NCBI GenBank assembly: GCA_050575255.1
Contig: JBNZDD010013730.1
Span: 8,898,381-8,962,380, forward strand
Source of the DNA: Harriotta raleighana
Lineage: Eukaryota
Reading direction: 5' to 3'
DNA: 64,000 nucleotides
Shown: one piece after another, positions 48,855-60,032 of the stretch
Numbering within the stretch: position 1 is the first letter of the stretch
How the letters are laid out: every line of letters starts with the position of its first letter
Program-made: the position numbers and the translations under genes
The notes under the pieces: generated by a model
Told to the model about the DNA's origin: nothing
Databases searched by the model: none
The model's input: only the letters and a program-made list of their open reading frames with translations

Positions 48855-49130
48855 ACAACAACAAATTACATTTGTATAGCGTTTTTCATATCAGGAGGAC
48901 ATCTCAAGGTGATGAATCCAGTCAGGGATCCGCACCCGAGCTAGTGGTTGGTATCAGGAGGGGTGGAGGGTGAGGAAGGTAGGGGTAGAAGGGTGACCAA
49001 AGGGACGGTCGAAGAGGAGGATCTTGAGACGGGTCTTGAAGCAAGCAAGGGAGGGTGTGAGGCGGAGGGATGGTGTTTCAGTGGGTGGGGGCAGTGAGGC
49101 TGAAGGCCTGATCGCCAATTGATTGTTGCT
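48855..49130 (-). mobile_element. L2 LINE 3' end
   Basis: Minus ORF SLRLTPSLACFKTRLKILLF. Tail acaacaacaaattacatttgtatagcg. Confidence 0.85.
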
Positions 49131-49139
49131 TAGGAGCCA

Positions 49140-49375
49140 GGACACTTTTCTAGTTGTGCCATGGAGTCTTTAACATCCATCTGAACAGGTAGAAAAAGGA
49201 CCTCGGTTAAACATCTCACCCAAAGGACGGCCCTTCCAACAATGCAGCAGATTGCCAGCATTGAATTGGAGTGTAACCATGGTTATGCGAGTTCACGAAC
49301 CAAAGTAGTTGAACTTGAACCCAACAACCTTCTCATTCAGAGGTGAGAGTGCTACCAACTGAGCCAGGCTGACAT
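49140..49375 (-). mobile_element. Older SacSINE1-like SINE, 5' half
   Basis: tagttgtgccatggagtctttaacatccatctga..cctcggttaaacatctcacccaaaggacgg..ttgaacccaacaaccttctc..gagtgctaccaactgagcc. Confidence 0.8.
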
Positions 49376-52300
49376 GCAACATCAAAGCTATCACACTTAG
49401 CTTTGAGTGCTGTAGATTTACCATTCCACTCTTCGCCACCGGATAGTTATCCTGTGCCTTTGATGTAACATTTGCAAGTTTTAGTTGTGAGAATTACAAG
49501 GAATAACATGTTTTGTGACCATATGTGAAACTTTAAGGTGAAACGATCTTGAACCTTTTCAGAGCTGATCAATGTCACCTTGACCTTGTGTCATTTTCAA
49601 AACCAGTATAAAAGTGTGTTTAACAAATTTGTTCCTCTTTACCAAATACTGTACATTAGCATTGTTATTGTTATAAACTTGTGGTATATAAACAAAATGT
49701 TTATAGTATTTATTATTTTGTCTATTTTAACAGCATTTTGTCAGTTCTATTTAGTAAATTGGCAGATTTATTTTATTCTTTTAAATTCTGTCACAGCCAA
49801 AGTCGTTTATTGGTAAATGCTTCATCAAGACCCTGTTATGACTGCCAGTAAGAACTGGAAGGAGCAGATCAGAGCAAAGACTGAAATTCTCTCATTACAG
49901 TATAGTACTTTGCCACCAATTCTTAGGTTCTGTTACAATCTTACAATGATGGTGGGTGTGGTTTTCTGACATAGCCTGAATGAGAGGAAAAGTGTACGTT
50001 TTCAAGAAAAGTACTTCCGAGGTTTCTGATTTTAAATATTTCTAAAGAGGATTTCTTAATAAGGAATTGTACAAATAGAACTCCTTCTGGAAACCTTCAG
50101 GTTAAAGATCTGATGACCAATTGGAACTTCGCTCCGTTGGGATCTATTTCTGGAGTGGTGTTCCCTTAGGTTGACAGGAATTCCAATGGAATAATAATAT
50201 AATACAGATATTATTATTTATTAAATGTATTATTAACCATTAACCAATTATTAATCATCAATATGTTTATATATAATAATACATGTTAACAATAGCATTT
50301 CCCATAAAGAAATAGACCCATAAGAGGCTATTCTGCTCTAGTGGGTAAATCAGGTTTTCGGATTGCTGACTATTACATTAGTAAATTTCTAAGAGCGATT
50401 GATTCTGCTTGGTCATAGTTTAACTTGCGTCCAATGAATTGGCTAATACATGAAGCGCTTTGAGACTTTTCAAAGACTTGATGTCTAATGAAATGCAGCG
50501 ATTATTATTATTATAAATTACGAGCATGCAAAATTAAACCAAATTTATCCTTGTGTAACGATCATTAGTCAATAATTATATTTGCAGGAGAACACTCCGC
50601 TAATCCATCTTTGGTAAAGCCAAAATCATATATACAGATTTAGGACAATACCGAAACCCCAGTAGGACAAACAAAAAAGGATACAGCTTCAAGCAGGAAG
50701 CTCATTATAATGGTAATTGTTGTTCAGTGGAATGTATGTTAAGATAACCTTTGTCAGAGATATTTTTAATGTTAATTCTGCTGGGAGCCAAAATTCAGGC
50801 ATGATATATCATATTTGCCTCCTGGGTACAAAGGAAGGTGCTTCACATATATCCTTTTGAGAACTATTTTGTAGTGATCTTAACAGGTTAATGTTTAAGC
50901 ACTGGTATTCTGCTAAGTGTTTGTGTTGACAATGCTTTTAATTTCTTTCTAACAATTCGCCCCCCTCGAAAGATAGCAATACAATAAATGTTACAAAATA
51001 CTTTGGTACAGTATTTCCAAACTGTTCAGATTTAACTCCAATCAAGGATTTCCCATTATCTGCAGATTTCTTTAGTTTGAGGAACAGGTCTAAGGTGTTT
51101 CAACACATCTGTTTGTATTGCTACAACATTGGTTAGAAAAGGTACTTATCTTGGTAGAGTTAAGTATATACAGTAATGACAAAATCTATTAGAAATTCAC
51201 AGTGCCAAGGTTTGTAGTTCACTCATTGGTTCCACAATATTGCACAATATTCTCAAACCATCCTGGCTGATAAAGGATACATTACCATCCTTTTGTTCCC
51301 AAGGCTAGAGTCTCCCCTGACGCCAGAATATTAGACGTCACAAATAATAACTGATATTGTTTTACTATCTCTTCATGTGAGTTTCTGTTCCTAATCCCAA
51401 CTCTCTATCCCGGAGAGAGAGAGAGTATTCATGTATGAAAACACCAGGCGAAAAAAAAGTATAGTTCTTACAGGAATAGCACACAGTGTAGACAAAAAAA
51501 GAATGCCACTTGGTTTAGATGGATGTGGGATAAATTGCTTTTGTAAACTCAGACAGGTGTGGCATCATAAGGATATGCTGCATTATGAAGTGTTTCACTG
51601 CAGCCGATAACCTGCATGTGCACACAGCTTATTTTTCCTGTTCATTAACTGCTGCCAAGTCTTTGGCTGGAGACATGCAACTTCAATCTGTTCAGCTACA
51701 AGTTCTAACCTTGTGTCAATATCTGAGTGCACAAGCCTTGCGAATTGAGTGCGACGATGAGCCGTCTGTGACACATGAACGCTTAGAGACCAAAGCAGCC
51801 ATCTCCTCAGCTTTCACACTCGATATGTCAACTTCAATTTTCTCCCTGACATGGTTCACTGTTTTTACGTATGATTTCTAATTCTACTGTTATTTTTCTT
51901 TAAAACATACGCTTTTGTGGTTCAGCATTGTGTATTCGTTTTTATATTATCAGTCGATGGATCAGTAAATAAAATGGGACTCTAATTTCCCCCCCATTTA
52001 TACATGTAACCTGAATGTCAAAATATGAATGAAAATAATTGCTGAAACAAGTCTAGAAGGAGATTTTTTTATTTTCCCTAAAGGATAGAAATTGCATGGC
52101 TATTAAAAATTAATGTTAGATTATTGTTCTGATTAATCAGATTGACAGAATGAATAATGCATTTTACATTAACAGGAGAGAAGCGTCCCTGGATTGAAAT
52201 GATAAGGAGAGCTTAGTGCACTCTGTAAAGTAAGCGAAAGAGAGGGAGAAGGAACTATTTTATTATTGAAAAGATTTGGATCTTCTCTTTCAGCTACAAT

Positions 52301-55300
52301 CTTTAAACTCATTCCATTTAAAAGTACTTTGAAATTTCAAAATGATTTAAGTTATTTAGTTATCTATTAACTGTTTTTTATACTGATAACACTGTGATTC
52401 TGGTTAAATCTGATATTGTAAAATGCATCTGATTTTCCTTCTTTGATGCAAAGTTGTGCTGATTACTCTGCATACTATAGTATGATTGGTTAGTGCCATA
52501 GCTCTCCCATATAAACAAGGTTCATAGATTATTAGGTACATCTGATGAGTTTAGTTAATAGTATTTACTCAATTACATGGAAAACAAATGTTGTTTGCTG
52601 CTGGTCTTATAGTTTTAGATTGTTGCAAGAAAANGAAACTTGGCAATAAAAGAGATAGCAATGGTAAGGTGAAGGACAGAGTGAGAGAGTGAATGAGCAT
52701 GATGTTGGACTGAAGCAATTGAATTTGGGGTTGGAGGAATACTCATGCAAATTGCAAAGTGGTTGCAGTTGTGTGCCTGAGCCCCAGCTCTAAATCACGT
52801 CTATAGATACTACATGTGTGGCATAAAGGCTCAGCCTTAAATCACTGCTGCAAATACTACATGTGTGGCACAAAGACACAGAATAATTGCGAGGTATTTT
52901 AATTGTTTGTTAAGAAGACGTAATCAAACCACATAATGTCATTACCGTTTTGCGTCCTGTATTTATGTCAGTTTTCCTCAGAAGTCATTTTGAAAGGGCC
53001 TTGCTCTCTGAAACAAAACACAGCCTTAATTTCAATCCCACTCGTGTGCAATTATTGTGAAATTAGTTTGAATACTTGTGAAAACAAAACTTTCAGCATT
53101 GCCCTTCGAACAGCTCAATATGGAGACTACATAGGACTCAAAGCTTGCTATGAAAAGGGTGATGGATGAATTGATCAGTGTGTCAATTAGTTAATCAATA
53201 TGTGGTTTCCTAGAGGAAGAAAAGAAACACAGACTGGATAAATATTTTACTACATAAATCCAAAGGGGTGGTTTTCCTCATTAACATAAAAATCAATGCT
53301 CGTATTTCCACTGAATCACGTTTTTTTTAACGATGAAACAGGAAAGACGCAGTCAAGTTTGTTATCAAGCCACAAAGTTTTCAATCCTGTTTTAACACTG
53401 TCCTTTGGTATTAACGTGTCAACACTGTATTTATGCTTGCTGCTGCAAGCAGAGCTCACGTACTTCAGTGAACTGGTTTAAAAATAGTTAATAGGAGCTA
53501 CAGCACGACTTGTCCATTATGAATGATCACATTAGCTCGACCCAAGTTGTCATGCTTTATGAGAGCAGGCAGTTTGTCCCAGACTGCAGCCACAGCAGGT
53601 AATTTGAAATGAAATGAGACAGTTTCTACAGCCAGATTGATTTGGGAATCTTGCATGTTTTCCCCTTTGACCCCTGACAGGTTGACACCACAAAGATTGT
53701 GACTTGTAAAAAATGATCAGTCAGTAATATATTTAGACCGCTGACATACTATCGGTAACACAAAGTGATTTTCCATCTTTTCAAGAGGGTGGCCATGAGG
53801 GAAGGCAATGTTTTTTAGAAAAATATTATTTCTATGCTTGATATTTTCCCTCCCGTTTTCTCCCTGTTTGAGATGCTGAACGTCATGAGATGCTTTTGCC
53901 ATTGGGAATTCGGGAGAACCTGGGCTAATATTAATGGGCATTTCTGTGATCAGCGCTCGTCAGCGGTCAATCAGAATGTGCCATAAATGAAAATTACAAA
54001 TACATTTTAGTCAGAATGTTGCCTTTTTTGTGAGTTTTAATACTTTCTTTTTGGTGCTGTTGTTATTAATTTCTCCCTCGTAAGGCAGATTTTCATTCTC
54101 TGCACTACTTCTTTCCCAAGAGGGCAGGCAGGTCACTGGCAGTACTGCTCAGAGATGTGTGAGGCTATCTTAGGGTGGCTTGATCTGCAATATTCTCTGT
54201 TGAACAGTAACTAGACCTGATGATATGACTGAGTTCAAGACCTTGCCACATGGGTCTGAACCTCCTTCTTACCAGCCCTTGTCAGGAAAGGTAATTTGGA
54301 GAAGCTCTGAGGAGATTGCTTAATTAATTTAAAACCAGCATGAATTAAATATAGTACAGGGGTATATTTCTCCATTATGGTTTTCATCCAATGCAAAAAA
54401 TACAATGAATTATCAAAGCCTTTCACAGTGGGCAGGAGGCAAATTAATAAATAATCATTGAGTAGGCTTATGGACAGGATATTTTATACCCCTGTGTCCA
54501 TTTAAAGAGATAATGGGGACTAATGTTCAGTAATCACATTTCTTAACAAGAAATTGAATTTCTAAAAGACTATACGTCCTGAGGTGAAAAATGCATTTTT
54601 CAGTACATTCATTGTCATGGAAAATGAACAGTTATACATTTTTTATTAAGAAATCTGTTCAAAAATACCACAAATTAAATCACAGAAGAAGTTTTTAAAA
54701 TGTCAGATATGATATGTGTTGCATTGACTGTGAGACCTTCCAGTTCATTTGGTAGGATAGTGATTGAATATTTTTCTTGACAATTTCAGACTTCAATCTA
54801 AAAGTTCCAAACTAGTCTGTTCACCTCACTTTACTGCTCTTTGTAAGAGAAAATCTGCTCCATAATTTTCTGCTATTGGGATATTGATCAGTAACCTGTT
54901 TCCCTCATATAACCACTGAGCTGGCTTAAAAAGACAGTTGAATAGAACTTACTGCATTAATCTTCTTGAGCCTGTTTTGTTTTAATGTGAGTAATTTAAA
55001 AGATTAAAAGATTTATAATATTGGAATTGAACTTCATATATAGTCTGTGGATGTGTAGATTTTGCATTTCACTGAAGGACTGTGTGGACGTTAGTTATTA
55101 TGCTCTTTGTGCAATGATTTACGTCGCAGGTCATATTCCTACTCAGATTCATTTAAGATTCATGTCTTTGTACTTTTCATTTTATAGAGTAAAATAGAGC
55201 TCATCCTGGAAAAGTCTTCTTACCTGCAAAGACCTCAGTCGTATATGACTCTGGTGACCTGCAGGTGGTAGACACAGTACCAAATTGCTTCATGAAATAA

Positions 55301-57440
55301 AGCTGTCCTGTAGCACGCTCTCAATAAAAAATGATAGTCTTCCAATACTTGCCACACAGTATTATGACAGGAATGAAATATGGAACTAAATTGGAAGCAG
55401 ATTAGTTTTTGGTCCTAATTCAAGTTGTGACAGGGTGTGAGAAGAATGAAACAATGAACAGGCATTTTTTTAGTAAGTTAACAATGACTAGTTTTGCTTT
55501 TATCTTTAAAATAGCTGTTAATGCTGTTCCATTTAATGCATCGCCAGGTATTGGTTGAAAATTCTCGCTATAGTTTCATGTGAAACATGGAAAAATAAAC
55601 CATCCGGATTAATATTTTGGGGAAAAATTACAATATGTTTGGGAGAAAGTTGTGGAAAATACCACTTTAATTGGCACCATAAAACAAAGTAAAACAATGT
55701 AACCTGAATGCAATCACACATCCTAGGGGCAGTGAAATACTTTTCCAGTTTTATTGATGCACCTCCATAGTTAGCAGCAAATTAATCGGCAGTACAGGGT
55801 AATGTGTATTTCTGTTTGACAAATGGCTTCATTAGAATTGAAGAAAAAGACCTTACAACGCACACAAGTTTCATTTTTAAAACACAAATATCCACTGAAC
55901 ATAACATCCTTTGAATTAAATGTTTTTTTTAACAGCATTCTAATGTTTCCCAAAAAAAGAGACTGGAAGCAAACACCTTTGGAAGAATATCTCCATTTCT
56001 AATTCTGTATGGAATCCTGTAAAGCTTTAATGTGTGGAGAAGATTTTGAAGGAGTTTGACCAAATAATTTCATCAGTGTGATGCATGCCATTGTTACACA
56101 TTAAAGTTGGGGAAATACTCATATGTCCTCAGTAACTTCTCACGGATGTTTCGCCTTCTAGGTAGCCTTGCTTCTAGGAGCATCATTACACTGTACAAGT
56201 ACATGGGATTTTAAGAGTTGACTTAATAATAATACTACTAATCTTTGAATTTATCAGCATTATCACATCTTTGAGATGACCCAAAGCACAGAATACACTG
56301 TAAAGGGAATTGACTACAAAATGTTTGTGGGCGAAACACTTCCACAATTTCTAAATGAAGAAAGAAAGAAATGCTAGATTCCCCATGCCGACCAAACTTA
56401 ATTACGGTTTCAGTTTGCCCGCTGGTACCCTGCAATAGATGCTAATATCACAGCAACTAATCTGCTTAGCCATTGGGATAAGCTTTATTTCTGCAATATT
56501 AAAGAATGTTGAAAAAACCTTTCATATTGCAGAATATTGTCAATATGGTTTGTGCGATTTTCTTGTTTATTCAGTTATTTCTGTAAATGTGTATGTTACT
56601 TGTGTTTTAGTCTATTAATATCCTCTTATATTGTATTTGTATATTATTAGTAGCCATTAGCTACCAACTTTATAACATTCTCATCTCAGAACCAAGCCTC
56701 TCTCATTACAGTATTTGGGTATAATGTCTAATGTTCTTATATTGTTGTGATAATATCGATGACAATTCACTTTTTATTTTATCTTTGTCAATTCCACCTA
56801 TTCCAACCACTTGTTTAGAATAAAAAAGGCAAAGAACATTTGCCTTCTAATAATGCCTCACCATCTATCTGAGAGGTGGAAACATCACCCAATAAATTGA
56901 ACTCAAATTGGCTGAACCCTAACTTGAGAGACTGTATCATAGATGTAATCTTTGATGTATTTTTATGCATGTGACCATGAATAGCTGCCATAATGAGTTA
57001 TCTTGTCGGCTAGTCAGAGAGCTCATTCTACCCTGGATGAATTCATCTGTCTGTGTTACAACAAGGGTTAAAATATGTTTGATAGAAGAAACTGAATAAC
57101 AAAAAAAAGTGTCCAAAAAAAAGTGTCACTGAGTATTGAATGTCCTTTGATGGCTTTATACTCTCTTTGATGCATTCACACACTATTTCCTATTATAGTG
57201 ATCAGATGGGATAGGGTAGGGTGTTGTTGATGTTATTCTATGCACATGTGAATTATAAATTCTGCATACCAAAGCAAATTAGTAAAGAACTTAGAACACA
57301 AATAGCTACTTTACAGCTATCTGGGCAGAATTTTTACTTGAGATCATCAAATGTGTAATGCGCCTTTTACAACTGGAGGCAGCTGAGAGAATAAAACTAA
57401 ACTTAAAAAAAATTGAACAGCAATTTTATTCTGTTTTCAG

Positions 57441-57633
57441 AACTGTGCTAGCTCTCGACCATCAAGTTCTCTGACCAGTTCAAGACCTGCCAGTTCTCCT
57501 GTCACGGGAACGGAGAGCCTCACTAAGGATGTTGGATTACACAATGGTGACGGGGTCAATGTCCAAGGCATTTGCAAAATGTCTTTCTATGATAACAGTG
57601 TCATTTATGAAAATCCAGCTGCTGCTAATGACA
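57441..57633 (+). CDS. ADGRD2: Probable cytoplasmic-tail exon: NCASSRPSSSLTSSRPASSPVTGTESLTKDVGLHNGDGVNVQGICKMSFYDNSVIYENPAAAND
   Basis: Strong acceptor ttttattctgttttcag|, 64 open codons, Ser/Pro-rich, higher GC than flanks, donor ACA|gtgagt. Alternatives: donor after 57547, or read-through to TGA at 57645-57647. Confidence 0.6.
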
Positions 57634-57759
57634 GTGAGTTCCGATGACTGCAAATTCTTTGTTACACATGTGCCTATTCTGCGTGTTGCATTTTACCTCT
57701 TAAATACAGATACAAACAAATTTCAAGTGTATTAAGTTGTTTAATTGGGGGTGTTCACT

Positions 57760-57950
57760 TTACCTGGATGCCTTAACCAAGTGACTATTCATTTGTGAGG
57801 CAAGAGGCGGTATTGACTGTGGCAATATCACAGCTGATATTGACACATAGCAACGCTCCAGAAGGAGTCACTGTCATCCTCGACCAAAGACTCTAAAGCC
57901 AATTGTAAGAGCTCCAACTTTTATCCTGGCTGAGGTGAACCAACTGGGTA
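57760..57950 (-). mobile_element. Second AmnSINE2-like relic
   Basis: ccaagtgactattcatttgtgag..tattgactgtgg..atcacagc..ccagaaggagtcactg..gccaattgta..cctggctgag; collinear with 30395..30670. Confidence 0.5.
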
Positions 57951-59313
57951 GTACCATTTAATGAAACCAAGGATATTCTGTTAAGTCTGGGTGATTGCTG
58001 CAATGGGTGGTGTTCTGATCTACTAGACCACAGGGGAAGGAGGGAATTCTCTGTTATTTAAGGAACTTTATGCCAGCGAATGTTATAGAGCATGTAAGGG
58101 TGGATAATATCAAGTGTTTAACTAGATGCAAGAATGCAAAGATACCTTTGCAAAGGATATTGTTTCTTCCAAATTGAATAGTTGTAAGGAAAACCTAACT
58201 GTTAACTTTGTGATTGTGTAATACGCTGTTTCTTACATTCTTCCTTATGTGCCAGCTTCCCAAGATATGGGAGAGTATTAATAACAAGAATAATTCTTGC
58301 ATTTAATATAGCACTTGACACATTGGAAAGATGTAGCAAAGTGCTTCATCAGATTTACTGTAAAGTATAGTAACTCTGTATTTTGTTTGTAAGCAACAGA
58401 TACACCTAAATCCACTCAAGATGAATTTGTGATCTATAATTTTACGAGTGCTAGTAGCAGATGGTGTACATAGGGAGGTGTTGTTTACAAAATCTATTCA
58501 AATTGATAATGTAATTATTACTGCACAGCCGATTGAAATCAAATTGCCTTTCACATTTGAGACCATGTTTACACATTTCAAGATGAATGGCTTGAGAGTT
58601 TGTAGCACGGAGAATGTTGAATAGTCTCCATCTTCCAACTATTGGGGATTGGAAAATAAGGATAAATCCAAGATGTTATCTTAATAGGAGTCAGGAGGTT
58701 TTAGACTGTACAAGGAATTGTTTCCATTTCACTGGAATGCTTCTTAGATGTCCCAAAGCACTTAGCATTCTTTTGCAGTTATAGCCAATTCTTAACTCAG
58801 GGACTTGGCTCTAATTAAAGCAATTGTCTTTGTTGTGCATATTTTCATGAGCTCACACAGCTGAATCTATTAGTAGAAATATTGTTTTAACTTCATTTGG
58901 TCCAACTGAATATTATGGGGAGGAGGGAATTGCCAAGATAGGCTAGCTTCCATGATAAATAGTAATGTCCTGTAGAGGGAACATACTTAATAGGCCAGAT
59001 AGCCTTCTCATTCCAAGCATTGTTGTCTTCTTATTTTCTTATGCAGTTTAACAGCACTATGTTAACTCTGCCTCTGATCATATGACAGATAACTCTTGTG
59101 TCTACCTTTAGGAACTTAAGAACTAAAAGTAGAAATGAAAAAAGGCCCATTTGGCCTGCTCTTATCTTTGCCAAGGGCCAGATTAACCAATTCAATTTAT
59201 TTTAACCGTATTCATCAAATTCCTGTTGATAAGATAAAAGTGACTTTTTGTGTTGTTATGAAAAATAAGTCAACTGATCGGGTGGAGTTGACATGTGGGG
59301 TTAAGCCTTTTAC

Positions 59314-59626
59314 ATAATAATAATAATCATAATCCTTGCATTTGATACAGTATAGTCCTTTTCACACCGTCTAGGCATCTCAACCGCTTCACAAAATATA
59401 TTGTAAAGTGAATTGACTGTATATATGTGGGTGAAACCTGGTGCATAGCAGTGCCCACGAACAGTTGTGATTGAAATGGCCAATTTATTATTGTTTTTCT
59501 TTTGAGGGATTATTACTAGGTGTGTAAAGTAAGGAAACTTACCCAAGGTTTCATCCTGCCTGGCATTGAACCTAGGTCTCTTGCTTGAAAGGCGAGTGCT
59601 CCAACCACTGAGCTACAGGACTCCAC
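59314..59626 (-). mobile_element. Full-length young Deu-type SINE
   Basis: Complete head (..accactgagctacaggactccac) through to the (att)n tail. Confidence 0.92.
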
Positions 59627-59669
59627 AGAGGATAACCTCTCAGAGCACCTCAATAGTGTGGTTATCCAT

Positions 59670-59773
59670 CAGGGCGAAACCTTGGGCAAGTTTCCTTACT
59701 CCATATGCCTAATAATAATCCCTCAAAAGAAAAACAATAATAAATTGGTCACTTCAATCACGACCGTATGTGG
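59670..59773 (+). mobile_element. Partial SINE copy inverted relative to 59314..59626
   Basis: cagggcgaaaccttgggcaagtttccttactcc..aaattggtcacttcaatcacga. Confidence 0.85.
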
Positions 59774-59784
59774 CCAAAACCTGC

Positions 59785-60032
59785 TGAACGGAGGGAGCGG
59801 ACAGGTGGATAGAGGGTTAGGAGGTAAGAGTGGTAGGAGGGGGCAAGGAAGTGGAGGTGTTAAATTAATGATGAAGGTTTTTAATTCTATCCTCTGAGGG
59901 ATGGGGAGCCAGTGGGGCTAGGCGAAGGTGGGGATGATAGAGTCACGGAGCTTTGTGTGGGAGAGGACAAGAGTTGCAGAGATTTGGATGATCTTCAGCT
60001 TGTGGAGGGAAGAATTGGTGAGGCCAACAAGG
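59785..60032 (-). mobile_element. L2 LINE internal 3' fragment
   Basis: Similar to 39530..39750. Minus strand encodes QRIELKTFI and KLKIIQISATLVL remnants. Confidence 0.75.

Noticed and set aside
54584-54640. EVKNAFF helix-8-like peptide
   Set aside because: Preceded by GAG with no polypyrimidine tract and no suitable donor; probably chance.
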